From an uncultured Desulfobacterales bacterium (lineage in GTDB: Bacteria; Desulfobacterota; Desulfobacteria; Desulfobacterales; JAHEIW01), in contig CAMYLV010000004.1 of NCBI GenBank assembly GCA_947259495.1, positions 128,685 through 192,684 of the forward strand: a stretch of 64,000 bases of DNA. The letters are read 5' to 3'. A program made the translations under genes and the position numbers. This document shows, piece after piece, positions 1-9,627 of this stretch (position 1 is its first letter; each line of letters begins with the position of its first letter). The notes beneath the pieces were generated by a model. It ran no database searches. It was not told where the DNA came from and saw only the letters and a program-made list of their open reading frames with translations.

Positions 1-282
1 ATAGGAAACTTCATGAATCTCTTTTGCAAGCTCGGCGCAATAAAATTTTTTGTAGGGATTGATGGCGGGGACTTCTCCCAGCTGCTTTATTCTGTTCTCA
101 ATGCCCCCATCCAATTCAACTGTAATTTCCGATGAGATCCTGTCTAAATCAGCAACGGTGCTGTTGTTTTTAATCAGGTCTTCTCCGGATAAAGAAGATA
201 TGAAAAAAATTAGAAATCCAGCTGTTAGACAGCTGGTAAAAATCCGTATGAGTGCAACCACATCGCGATTGACTGAAATCAT
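1..282 (-). CDS. partial CDS (5' part, continues past left edge): single-pass membrane protein, function unknown
   Basis: Own minus-strand translation from the ATG at 282: MISVNRDVVALIRIFTSCLTAGFLIFFISSLSGEDLIKNNSTVADLDRISSEITVELDGG... It has one hydrophobic helix followed by a polar domain and stays open to position 1. It is absent from the ORF track because it has no stop in the window. I prefer it to the + ORF 59..340. Confidence 0.35.
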   Translation of the reverse strand, partial: MISVNRDVVALIRIFTSCLTAGFLIFFISSLSGEDLIKNNSTVADLDRISSEITVELDGGIENRIKQLGEVPAINPYKKFYCAELAKEIHEVSY

Positions 283-542
283 AGGTGCTGACCCTTTCAA
301 AAAGATCGCAACCGATAAAAGCTGCTGCGAAATGCGATAGCCGCATGTATTATAAATAGTCCATATTACAATATAATTCAATCAAATCGTACAGGAAAAT
401 AGCTCAATTGTCAATATACGCCAAGCGATCATGATACAATCTGAAACGATAAACCGCCGGGGCTGTATCTAATCAAATCGGCAGGTGCCCGAGGGCGCTT
501 TTCTCTTACGGGTCCTCGCGTGAGAGCAGCCCGCGGGTTCAT

Positions 543-1364
543 CTACGGCGATGTTTCCGACAATTTGCGATCCGTTAAATTTTGAAGAATCTCGTTCAGG
601 TCATTCGAGTTGCCCATATATTGCTCAACCCATTGCGGTGAACGTCCATATTTCGCTGCCAGGGCGGATGTTGCCTGCTCGAAAGTCTTATGTTTTGCGG
701 TGGCACTGGTCCAGTATTTATGCGGTCTTCGCGGGTTGTAGAAAAGCGTTTCAGGCACTTTTTTAACGGTCTCCGCTTTTATTTCGACCGAAGCATTTAA
801 TTTGCTGTTGGCTAAATTTCGATGAATTTCATCAAGAGCATTGGTATCGCCCATGTGCTGCTTAATCCACTCCGGACTGCGATCATACTCTTTGGCCAGG
901 GCGGCAATGGCTTCTTTTAAAGTTTGGTATTTGGAAGCTGAACTGGTCCAGTACTTTTGCGGTCTTCTCGGATTATAGAATTCAAGTCCCTCGGTATTGG
1001 ATGCGCTGGTATGCTTAATAGAGACGGCTTTTGAATTCTTTGCCGCTGACGGTTTCGGTTGGGAGACGGGTGTTTTGATATTGGACGACCCAGCTGCTGC
1101 CTTCGCGGCTGGTTTTGCAGAAGTTTTAATTTGATCGGAAGGCGGTTCAATCTTTTTTTCGCTTTTTATTTTCTGGATTCGCCGGACATCTTTTTTTTGA
1201 TAAATTAAAATTGCGCCTTCATACTCACATTTGACTTCTTGGCCTTCTTCCCAGGCCCTGCCGTGACAGACCGTTTTCATCCCATCTCGAAAGAAGATGA
1301 TATCGGCTTTTCCCACCGGCGGCATCAGGATGATGATGCAGAATATGAATGTGAGCTTTTTCAC
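543..1364 (-). CDS. secreted protein with two internal ~60-aa repeats, function unknown
   Basis: Signal peptide MKKLTFIFCIIILMPPVGKA. Duplicated module: FYNPRRPQKYWTSSASKYQTLKEAIAALAKEYDRSPEWIKQHMGDTNALDEIHRNL vs FYNPRRPHKYWTSATAKHKTFEQATSALAAKYGRSPQWVEQYMGNSNDLNEILQNL. Confidence 0.7.
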   Translation of the reverse strand: MKKLTFIFCIIILMPPVGKADIIFFRDGMKTVCHGRAWEEGQEVKCEYEGAILIYQKKDVRRIQKIKSEKKIEPPSDQIKTSAKPAAKAAAGSSNIKTPVSQPKPSAAKNSKAVSIKHTSASNTEGLEFYNPRRPQKYWTSSASKYQTLKEAIAALAKEYDRSPEWIKQHMGDTNALDEIHRNLANSKLNASVEIKAETVKKVPETLFYNPRRPHKYWTSATAKHKTFEQATSALAAKYGRSPQWVEQYMGNSNDLNEILQNLTDRKLSETSP

Positions 1365-1674
1365 GAAATTTTTTCCTCCGATAATGCAGCAGGTGCAGCC
1401 GTGGATTTCAAATGCTTACAAATTGGTTTAGTATATCTTGGAAAAATTTGCAAAGGCAATAAATTTGTAACCGGCTGTTAACGGGGTTGGAAATAAGCGG
1501 GCGACGCTGCCGGGTGGAAATTCAGCCCCCACAATACCCGGCAACTGAGCTTGAGAATATTTTGGGATCATTTGTCGCAAACAGAATGACAGATGGTGAT
1601 TTTGCGGCAGTCTGGTTTGTTAATTATCTTAACCGTAACGCGAATGGGCCTATCTTCAATAGGGTTTGACAACA

Positions 1675-2070
1675 TCAGTTTGACGGATCAGCGGACGCTG
1701 GGACATCTTTCAACGTTTCCTTTACGGCGTTCAGCATTTTATCTCGATCGATCGGTTTTGTCAGGGTGCGTGTGGCGCCCAGTTTCTTGGCGCCATCCAG
1801 ATAGCCTTCAGGGCGATTTACGCCGCCGCCGGACATTGCAATTATTTTTACTCTGGGAAACTCTTTTTTTAGTTCGATCATCATACCAATGCCGTCCTTG
1901 TTCGGCATTATCAGATCTGTGATGATCAGATCAGTGGGGTTGTCTCTGTACTGTCTGATTCCTTCCATGCCGTCAGCTGCCTCAAAAACCTCATATCCAA
2001 CCCGCTCCAGCATCAATCGAAGCATCGATCGGATTTGGGTTTCGTCATCGATAATTAATATGCGTGCCAT
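1675..2070 (-). CDS. stand-alone CheY-like response regulator receiver protein
   Basis: MARILIIDDETQIRSMLRLMLERVGYEVFEAADGMEG...DLIITDLIMPNKDG...IIAMSGGG. Start moved to the internal ATG at 2070, which is preceded by AAGGAA. No output domain. Confidence 0.85.
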   Translation of the reverse strand: MARILIIDDETQIRSMLRLMLERVGYEVFEAADGMEGIRQYRDNPTDLIITDLIMPNKDGIGMMIELKKEFPRVKIIAMSGGGVNRPEGYLDGAKKLGATRTLTKPIDRDKMLNAVKETLKDVPASADPSN

Positions 2071-2366
2071 TAAACACAGTTCCTTTCTTGATCGATTGAG
2101 CGATTGCAAATACCTTCGGACTTGAAACCACCTGTTCATATTAGATCATAACTTTGGCCGTCTTTCAATACCAAAAAACAAGTCCGCGATTTAAGCAACT
2201 GGAATAATTATTTTTTATGATAGTGACCGGCACGACATGCCAATAGGCTGGGCGCAATTTAGCTTTGCTTTATGCGTCGCTTATGTTAAAATTCAAAAAA
2301 AATTACGGCAATTTATTGAAATGTCCAGAAAAGTTAGCACCATTCAAATGAGAACGGAGAACGTTA

Positions 2367-4052
2367 ATGCAAATTTCAAAAGAGCAGGAAAATTCTATTT
2401 CTGAAGCACCGGTCTCGGTTTGTCCGTCCGGCGAAGTTTTTCAATTACCCCAGGAAAAAGATTATCAAAAAGAATTAAAGCGCCTCCAGCGCATCGTCAA
2501 AGAACAGCGCCTGAAGGGCAGGGAAATCGTTGTGGTTATGGGCGTTGGCTTTGTCGGGGCTGTGATGGCCGGCGTTGTGGCCGATTCAGTAGATGCGGAC
2601 GGCAATGCCAACAAATTTGTAATCGGCATGCAACGTCCGTCAACGCGCTCGTATTGGAAAATCCCCTATATCAATAGGGGCATTGCACCGGTTGAGGCTG
2701 AAGACCCTGCAGTGGCCCCCCTGATTGAGCGCTGTGTCAAACAGAAAAAAACATTGATGGCCACCTTTACCTATGACGCCTTGAGTCTGGCCGATGTGGT
2801 CATCGTTGATGTCCAGTGCGACTATTTTAAAGAAACCTTCGGCGATGTTCGACAGGGGCATGCCGATATTGTGGCCCTTGAAACCAGTCTTAAGATTATC
2901 GGCGAAAAGATCAGTCCCGAGTGCCTGGTTTTAATCGAAACGACAGTGCCGCCGGGCACCACAGAATATGTCGCCTATCCCATCATCAAAAAGGCATTTG
3001 AAAAACGGGGTTTGACGGATTGCGAGCCACTTCTGGCCCATTCGTTCGAGCGCGTCATGCCGGGACGCAATTATGTGGCCTCGGTGCGTGATTTCTGGCG
3101 GGTGTGCAGCGGCATTAATGAGACCGCCCGCAAGCGGGTAGGCGAATTTTTATCCCAAATACTCAATGTCAGGCAATATCCGCTAACGGTGCTGGATCGT
3201 CCGATTGAAAGTGAAACCTGTAAAATCGTCGAAAATTCCTTCCGCGCCACGCTTCTGGCTTTTTTGGATGAATGGAGTGTATTTGCCGAACGTAACGGGG
3301 TGGACCTGATCAAAGTGATTGAAGCCATCAAGGTTCGACCCACCCATTCCAATATGATTTTCCCCGGACCGGGTATCGGCGGCTACTGCTTACCCAAAGA
3401 CGGTGGGCTGGGCGTGTGGGCCTACCATACCCTGATGGGTTTTGAAGATAACGTGTTCAAAATCACACCGGCGGCCATTGATATCAATGACACCCGCTCA
3501 TTGCGCGTACCGCAACTGGCGCGTGATGCGCTGCGCAACATGGGCAAGATCGTGGCGGCTTCTAAAATTGTCCTGTTGGGCGCCTCCTATCGTGAGGGGG
3601 TCGGTGATACGCGTTACAGCGGCTCAGAGATAATCGTCCGCAAATTAGCCGAAATGGGTGCTGAGATCGCGGTCAACGATCCCTATGTCAAACGCTGGTG
3701 GGAACTTGAAATGCAGGATAACTATCCGGCACCGAATCATTCGATGAGTCGATTTTTTCGCAACCAGGACCGGCTGAACGAAATCCGCATCGAACCGGAT
3801 TTGTCGAAAGTCCTGCCCTTTGCCGATGCCGTAATTTTTGCCGTTCGCCACCAGGCGTATCTGGAACTGGATCCGGAGGCGGTTGTTAAAATGATCGGCC
3901 GGCCCGCCGCGATCATCGATTGCTTCGGCGTGCTGGATGATAAAAAAATCCGCCGCTATTTTGAGCTGGGTTGTGAAGTTAAAGGACTGGGGCGGGGGCA
4001 CATTCAACGAATTAAAGAGGATGTCAGACAAAAAGGCAAAACCGGGTATTAA
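2367..4052 (+). CDS. nucleotide-sugar dehydrogenase (UDP-glucose/GDP-mannose dehydrogenase family), long form
   Basis: N-terminal Rossmann motif VVVMGVGFVGAVMAGVVA and catalytic-Cys region GPGIGGYCLPKDG. At 561 aa it is longer than typical Ugd, with an N-terminal extension. Confidence 0.85.
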   Translation: MQISKEQENSISEAPVSVCPSGEVFQLPQEKDYQKELKRLQRIVKEQRLKGREIVVVMGVGFVGAVMAGVVADSVDADGNANKFVIGMQRPSTRSYWKIPYINRGIAPVEAEDPAVAPLIERCVKQKKTLMATFTYDALSLADVVIVDVQCDYFKETFGDVRQGHADIVALETSLKIIGEKISPECLVLIETTVPPGTTEYVAYPIIKKAFEKRGLTDCEPLLAHSFERVMPGRNYVASVRDFWRVCSGINETARKRVGEFLSQILNVRQYPLTVLDRPIESETCKIVENSFRATLLAFLDEWSVFAERNGVDLIKVIEAIKVRPTHSNMIFPGPGIGGYCLPKDGGLGVWAYHTLMGFEDNVFKITPAAIDINDTRSLRVPQLARDALRNMGKIVAASKIVLLGASYREGVGDTRYSGSEIIVRKLAEMGAEIAVNDPYVKRWWELEMQDNYPAPNHSMSRFFRNQDRLNEIRIEPDLSKVLPFADAVIFAVRHQAYLELDPEAVVKMIGRPAAIIDCFGVLDDKKIRRYFELGCEVKGLGRGHIQRIKEDVRQKGKTGY

Positions 4053-4067
4053 GCGGTCGCTAAATAT

Positions 4068-4173
4068 TATACCGCTTTTCATAATAATGTTCCGGATTAC
4101 GGAATTGGGGTATAAGTGGTTGTAGAAAAAAACGTTGGCATAACGAAACGTTTTTTGACAACCACTATAAGTC
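4068..4173 (+). repeat. 106-nt two-hairpin repeat family, locus A
   Basis: tataccgcttttcataataatgttccggattacggaattggggtataagtggttgtagaaaaaaacgttggcataacgaaacgttttttgacaaccactataagtc. The 5' module is TATACC...TTCCG-n5-CGGAA...GGTATA. The 3' module is a ~19-bp stem, GTGGTTGTAGAAAAAAACGTT / AACGTTTTTTGACAACCAC. Confidence 0.9.
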
Positions 4174-4208
4174 CGCCACAGAGCTTTCATCCTGATTGAG
4201 ATTGCGCC

Positions 4209-5459
4209 ATGACACACGCCAAAAAATCAAAAGTACACCAGCTAATCGGCAAGGGGGTGCGCATTGCCTGTCCGGACAGCATCCAAGTCGGTGAAGACGT
4301 TGATGTGGACAAAATATCCGGTGACGGCGTGGTGCTGTACGCCGGTTCTCAAATCTTCGGTAATGCTACTGTTATATCAAGCGGCGTAAAAATCGGCCTG
4401 GAAGCGCCAGCGACCGTGAAAAATTGCCAGATCGGTTCCGGGGTCGAGCTGCGAGGCGGTTTTTTTGAAGAGGCCGTATTTCTGACAAAAGCCAGGGCCG
4501 GCTCGGGGGCCCACGTACGGGAGGCCAGTATTTTCGAAGAACAGGCCAGCATTGCCCACACGGTCGGAACCAAGCACACGATTCTCTTTCCGTTTGTTAC
4601 CCTGGGGAGTTTAATCAATTTCTGCGATTGCCTGATGGCCGGCGGGACCGACCGTAAAAATCATAGTGAGGTCGGCAGTTCTTACGTTCATTTTAACTTT
4701 ACCCCCAATCAGGACAAGGCGACTGCCTCCCTCATCGGTGACGTGCCCCGGGGGGTTCTGCTAAATCAACCCCCCATATTCCTGGGCGGGCAGGGCGGAA
4801 TGGTGGGCCCCTGCCGGCTGGCCTATGGAACCACGGTGGCTGCCGGCACGATCGTGCGAAGGGATGAACTCAGGGCTGGGCGCCTTCTATTCGGCGGTTT
4901 GCCGCAAGACGGTAATATTCCGTATCAGCCCGGCTGGCATCAAAATGATTGCCGGGCGGTTGTCAACAATATTGTCTACATAGCCAACCTGATGGCCTTA
5001 TACCAGTGGTACGGCTACGTGCGCAGCCAGTTTATTTCAAAAGATTTTTCGGAGATGCTGCTGGCCGGACTCAAAGAAAAACTGAATTGGGCCATATCAG
5101 AACGCATCAATCGCCTTGAGGGCTTCTGCCACAAAATGAAAGAAGACCTGGCGGGGCAAATGAACACCCAGCGCAACCCCACATCTTCTGCCATAAAACA
5201 ACAACAGGAGCTCATCGCAAAATGGTCACAGCTGAAAGATTTATTTGATCGGTTCAAGGCTGAAAACGGTGATGAACACCACCGCGATGCTTTCCTGGAA
5301 ACAATCCGCAAGGGCATCATGAAAAGTGGTCCCGATTATATCGCTGTCATCCAGCAGTTAGCGCCATCCGATGGCGCCCTTGCAACTGACTGGCTTCAGG
5401 GTATTGTCGACCATATCGTCAAGGATGCCTTGAATATCATTCCGTCTTTTTCGCATTAA
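4209..5459 (+). CDS. hexapeptide-repeat (left-handed beta-helix)-like protein, GlmU C-terminal-like, with helical C-terminal extension
   Basis: Periodic small/hydrophobic pattern (IFGNATVISSGVKIGLEAPATVKNCQIGSGVELRGG...). Sits directly upstream of glmM. The functional call is tentative. Confidence 0.5.
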   Translation: MTHAKKSKVHQLIGKGVRIACPDSIQVGEDVDVDKISGDGVVLYAGSQIFGNATVISSGVKIGLEAPATVKNCQIGSGVELRGGFFEEAVFLTKARAGSGAHVREASIFEEQASIAHTVGTKHTILFPFVTLGSLINFCDCLMAGGTDRKNHSEVGSSYVHFNFTPNQDKATASLIGDVPRGVLLNQPPIFLGGQGGMVGPCRLAYGTTVAAGTIVRRDELRAGRLLFGGLPQDGNIPYQPGWHQNDCRAVVNNIVYIANLMALYQWYGYVRSQFISKDFSEMLLAGLKEKLNWAISERINRLEGFCHKMKEDLAGQMNTQRNPTSSAIKQQQELIAKWSQLKDLFDRFKAENGDEHHRDAFLETIRKGIMKSGPDYIAVIQQLAPSDGALATDWLQGIVDHIVKDALNIIPSFSH

Positions 5460-5504
5460 TTTTGATGCAAATTAAGGTAAACCGCCAAACTGAGGCATGC
5501 TAGT

Positions 5505-6857
5505 ATGAGCAGACTATTTGGCACCGATGGGATCCGCGGTGTGGCCCATGAATATCCGTTAACAGCTAATGGGTCTTATCGCATCGGCCGGGCGGTGGCG
5601 TCCTTTTTTAGCATGCGGACCCGGTCAACAAAAATTATCATTGGAAAAGACACGCGTCAGTCAGGCGCCATGCTTGAAAATGCGCTGGCAGACGGAATTT
5701 GTTCAGTCGGTGCCGACGCATATCTTGTCGGTATTATGCCGACACCGGCAGTTGCCTATCTGACATCTGCAGGCGATGCCGCCGCCGGAATTGTGATTTC
5801 AGCTTCACATAATCCATTTTACGACAACGGAATCAAGCTATTCGATGCTGAGGGGTACAAGCTTACGGACGACAAAGAAGATGAAATTGAACGTCTTGTG
5901 CTGGCTGAAGGCACTGTAAACGCCGGCGAAACGACCCATCACATGGGCGGGAAGGTCAAAAATATTGCAGACGTGTCTGAACGCTACCTGGCCTTTTTGC
6001 AAAATGATTTGCCGGCTGCGAACCTGTTGAACGGGATGAAGATCATTCTGGATTGTTCAAACGGAGCGACCTACGCGGTTGCACCCCAATTATTTCATCA
6101 TCTCGGGGCACGCGTAGGGGCGATCAACATTCATCCGGATGGTAAGAATATTAATGCAAACTGCGGTTCAGAGCACCCGCAAGCATTAATTGACAAGGTC
6201 ATTGCACAAAAGGCCGCTGTCGGGCTGGCATTTGACGGTGATGGTGACCGATTGGTTGCTATCGATGAGCAAGGCCAGGTGATCAGCGGAGACCGAATCC
6301 TGGCGATTTGCGCCCATAGTTTAAAGCAGCAAGGGTTGTTGAAGAATAATCTGGTTGTCAGCACCGTCATGAGCAATCTCGGATTGCGCCTGGCGCTGAA
6401 AGATATGGGTATTGAGCATATCATGACCCCGGTGGGTGATCGTTACGTCCTGGAGCAGATGCGTGCCAGCGGCGCCATTATCGGTGGTGAAGATTCCGGC
6501 CATATGATTTTTCTGGATCAGCATACCACCGGTGATGGTATGCTGACGGCTATTCGGTTGCTTCAGACGCTGCAAATTGAACGCAAACCCTTGTCCGAAT
6601 TGAGTCGCATAATGACCGTGTTCCCCCAGGTCTTGCTGAATGTCGAGGTGCAGAGCAAACCGGCCATCGAAAGTGTCTCACAGCTGATGGATGCCATCGG
6701 TTTGGTGCAAGCTAAGCTGGGTGAGAAGGGCAGGGTGCTTGTTCGCTATTCCGGGACGCAACCGCTCTGTCGGGTGATGGTTGAGGGTCCCCGCGAAGAT
6801 GAAACCCGACGCTACTGCCAGCAAATTGCCGATGTCGTCAAAGCCGCCCTGGGCTAG
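5505..6857 (+). CDS. glmM: phosphoglucosamine mutase
   Basis: MSRLFGTDGIRG start, active-site GIVISASHNPFYDNGIKLF, DGDGDR metal loop, 450 aa. Confidence 0.95.
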   Translation: MSRLFGTDGIRGVAHEYPLTANGSYRIGRAVASFFSMRTRSTKIIIGKDTRQSGAMLENALADGICSVGADAYLVGIMPTPAVAYLTSAGDAAAGIVISASHNPFYDNGIKLFDAEGYKLTDDKEDEIERLVLAEGTVNAGETTHHMGGKVKNIADVSERYLAFLQNDLPAANLLNGMKIILDCSNGATYAVAPQLFHHLGARVGAINIHPDGKNINANCGSEHPQALIDKVIAQKAAVGLAFDGDGDRLVAIDEQGQVISGDRILAICAHSLKQQGLLKNNLVVSTVMSNLGLRLALKDMGIEHIMTPVGDRYVLEQMRASGAIIGGEDSGHMIFLDQHTTGDGMLTAIRLLQTLQIERKPLSELSRIMTVFPQVLLNVEVQSKPAIESVSQLMDAIGLVQAKLGEKGRVLVRYSGTQPLCRVMVEGPREDETRRYCQQIADVVKAALG

Positions 6858-6904
6858 AATTTATCACAGGCCCGCCCGCCTCGGCTTGCTCGCATGGCGG
6901 GCGT

Positions 6905-6978
6905 GGGAACACAGAGCCCGAATTGATCAAAAAGCCAATCGTATAAAATTCTCTGTGATCTCTGTGGGCTCTGTGGTT
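6905..6978. repeat. imperfect hairpin with CTCTGTG units (CTCTGTG-at-CTCTGTG-gg-CTCTGTG) at a convergent gene junction
   Basis: aacacagagccc (6908-6919) pairs with gggctctgtggtt (6966-6978). Three 7-mers with 2-nt spacers lie on the right arm. Located between the glmM stop and the BI-1 stop. Confidence 0.5.
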
Positions 6979-7013
6979 AAGACTATTTGATAACAGCCGT
7001 TTTTAGACGGAAA

Positions 7014-7715
7014 TTATTCTCGGTTGCCCAGGATCCGCAGCAACATCAGAAACAGGTTGATAAAATCCAGGTACAGTTTCAAGGCACCCAGGATAGCGCC
7101 CTTGCGCACTGCACCGGCGCCGATATCGGCCGGTTGTGAAATTGCCATGGCCTTGAGGTTTTGGGTATCATATGCGGTCAGTCCGACGAAAATCAGCACC
7201 CCGATGTAGCTGATGATCATGTGCATGGCGGAACTGCGAACGAACATATTAACCAGCGAAGCGATAATAATACCGATTAAACCCATCATCAGAAAGCCGC
7301 CCATCGAGGTCAGGTCGCGCTTGGTGGTCCAGCCATAGATGCTGCAGGCAACAAAGGTGGCCGCACAAACAAAAAAAGTTGAAGCAATGGATGAACGTGT
7401 GTAAATAATGAAAATAAATGAAAGGGTTACGCCGTTCAATACGGAATACAGGATAAACAGGCCGGTGGCCGTTGACGCCTGCATTCGCTGAATGCGGGCG
7501 CTAATGATAAACACCAGGCCCAACTCGGCGATAATAAGGCCGAAAAAAAGGATCTGATTGCGAAAAATAAGCTCCAGCAGGGTCGGTGTATTGGCGATGT
7601 AAAATGCCACTAAACCGGTTAATGCCAGGCCAATTGCCATCCAGTTGTAAACACTGCGAATAAAATCGTTTACACGGACCTGGACTTGGTTCTGATTTGT
7701 TGATATGGATTGCAT
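7014..7715 (-). CDS. BAX inhibitor-1/YccA family integral membrane protein
   Basis: 233 aa with about seven hydrophobic helices. Family-typical N-terminus (FIRSVYNWMAIGLALTGLVAF) and C-terminus (LGALKLYLDFINLFLMLLRILG). Confidence 0.85.
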   Translation of the reverse strand: MQSISTNQNQVQVRVNDFIRSVYNWMAIGLALTGLVAFYIANTPTLLELIFRNQILFFGLIIAELGLVFIISARIQRMQASTATGLFILYSVLNGVTLSFIFIIYTRSSIASTFFVCAATFVACSIYGWTTKRDLTSMGGFLMMGLIGIIIASLVNMFVRSSAMHMIISYIGVLIFVGLTAYDTQNLKAMAISQPADIGAGAVRKGAILGALKLYLDFINLFLMLLRILGNRE

Positions 7716-7802
7716 TTATTGCCTCCTGTAGATTTTTTGTTTGCTGAATGCTAATAATAACACATCAGCTGCAATTTTCAAGGCTTGTAGCATCCTGAGA
7801 AA

Positions 7803-8072
7803 ATGAAGCCCGATCAACTGTATCAGGAACTTATAGATCTGGCCGACCGCCTGCAGATAACGGTTTCAGAACAAAACCTGAAAACTTCCGGTATTAAGGT
7901 AAAAAGCGGGTTCTGCAAGGTCAAGGGTCAGAATCTGTTTGTGATGGACAAGCATAAGTCCATCCATGAAAAGATCCGAATTCTGGCCGCACAACTGGCG
8001 GACATACCGCACGAGGACATCTACATTGTGCCGGCCGTTCGTGATTTGCTGGATAAAACCGTTGCCAAATAA
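7803..8072 (+). CDS. small hypothetical protein
   Basis: 89-aa ORF with balanced composition, in its own intergenic slot upstream of xseA. No recognisable motif. Confidence 0.5.
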   Translation: MKPDQLYQELIDLADRLQITVSEQNLKTSGIKVKSGFCKVKGQNLFVMDKHKSIHEKIRILAAQLADIPHEDIYIVPAVRDLLDKTVAK

Positions 8073-8220
8073 ATCGTTGCAGAAGGGCATTGCGGTGCCT
8101 TTTAACGAAATAAAGCCAGGATCTGCGGGTCTTTGATAAAAAGTTTACATAATATAACTTATCAGACGTTCGGTAGAAATAAAAGACCAGCCTTGCGAGC
8201 GATCGCAAGCGAATTTCAAT

Positions 8221-9627
8221 ATGACCTCCAATGATGATAACCAAATGAGCGATCCGGTTGGCGATTTGCACGCGGAGGATGCGATCCGTAAAATCTATAC
8301 GGTTTCGGAACTGAATGACGAAATTAAATCGCTGCTGGAAAAAACCTTTCCTTTTATCTGGATCGTTGGCGAAATTTCAAATTTCCGGACCCCTTTGTCC
8401 GGTCATTATTATTTTACACTCAAAGATGCGGATTCGCAGATCAATGCCGTGATGTTTCGCGGCCAGCAGCGACAGCTAAAATTTGTGCCCGCAGATGGTA
8501 TGCGCGTCACCGGCATGGGGCGCCTGAGTGTATACGAACCCCGGGGATCTTACCAGATCATTCTGGAATACATGGAACCGTCGGGCGTTGGCGCCCTGCA
8601 AATCGCCTATGAAAAACTGAAGGCCGGACTGGCTGAAGAAGGCTTATTTGACGATCAATACAAGCAACCCATACCGTTTTTGCCGCATAAAATTGCGTTG
8701 ATCACCTCGCCATCAGGTGCGGTGGTGCACGATATCCTGCAAATTATTGACCGGCGATTTCTGAATGTGGCTATTCACATATTTCCCGTCAAGGTTCAAG
8801 GCGACGGTGCCGCGGATGAGATTATCGCAGCCCTGGAACTATTGAATCAACAGCCGGATTTTGATGCAGCCATTTTAGCGCGCGGTGGCGGATCCTTAGA
8901 GGATTTACAGGCATTTAACAGCGAACAAGTTGCCAGGGCGATATTTGCATCCGATGTTCCCATTATTTCGGCCGTCGGTCATGAAACCGATTACACCATT
9001 GCCGATTTTGTGGCGGATTTAAGAGCGCCAACGCCATCGGCAGCTGCCGAGTTGGTTGTTCCGGTAAAAAATGAGTTATTACAATTAGTTAAAGATTGTT
9101 CGGCCAATCTGCAGTATCGAATGCGCAACGCCATCGATCGTTTGAGACGCAATCTGGTCGAGGTGTCCAAACGCATGACGGACCCCCGGCAAAAGTCGCA
9201 GGATTGGCGTCTGCGATTGGATGATCTCGCATCGCGCCTGAGCCGCCATACCCGGATACTTTTGGACCGCAAAAATGAACGACTTCAATGGTGGCAAAAA
9301 AGACTGGTGTTACAGAGCCCTCACAGCCAGGTTCAAAATTTTAAAGTATCTATTGATAAAAATATAGATAAATTATTAGAACTATTAAATAAAAATAAAC
9401 AAACAAAATCAGCCCGGCTACGGGAACTAAGCGCCAAGCTGGAAACATTGAGCCCCATTGCAATTTTAGAGCGCGGTTACAGTATAACCCGCACCCTTTC
9501 GGATTCAAAGATTGTGCTGGATCCGGAAACGGTTTCGCTCAATCAGGATTTAGAGGTGATCGTGTCAAAAGGCGCACTCATTTGCAGGGTAAAGGAAAAA
9601 TTGAAAAATGGTCCAAAAAACGTTTGA
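8221..9627 (+). CDS. xseA: exodeoxyribonuclease VII large subunit
   Basis: OB-fold N-terminus (IWIVGEISNFRTPLSGHYYFTLKD), catalytic region ISAVGHETDYTIADFVADLRAPTPSAAAE and a coiled-coil tail. It overlaps xseB by 20 nt. Confidence 0.9.
   Translation: MTSNDDNQMSDPVGDLHAEDAIRKIYTVSELNDEIKSLLEKTFPFIWIVGEISNFRTPLSGHYYFTLKDADSQINAVMFRGQQRQLKFVPADGMRVTGMGRLSVYEPRGSYQIILEYMEPSGVGALQIAYEKLKAGLAEEGLFDDQYKQPIPFLPHKIALITSPSGAVVHDILQIIDRRFLNVAIHIFPVKVQGDGAADEIIAALELLNQQPDFDAAILARGGGSLEDLQAFNSEQVARAIFASDVPIISAVGHETDYTIADFVADLRAPTPSAAAELVVPVKNELLQLVKDCSANLQYRMRNAIDRLRRNLVEVSKRMTDPRQKSQDWRLRLDDLASRLSRHTRILLDRKNERLQWWQKRLVLQSPHSQVQNFKVSIDKNIDKLLELLNKNKQTKSARLRELSAKLETLSPIAILERGYSITRTLSDSKIVLDPETVSLNQDLEVIVSKGALICRVKEKLKNGPKNV

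Noticed and set aside
59-340. 93-aa + strand ORF at the left edge
   Set aside because: The sequence is compositionally odd with no RBS. The opposite strand gives a more protein-like membrane-anchored ORF running off the window edge.
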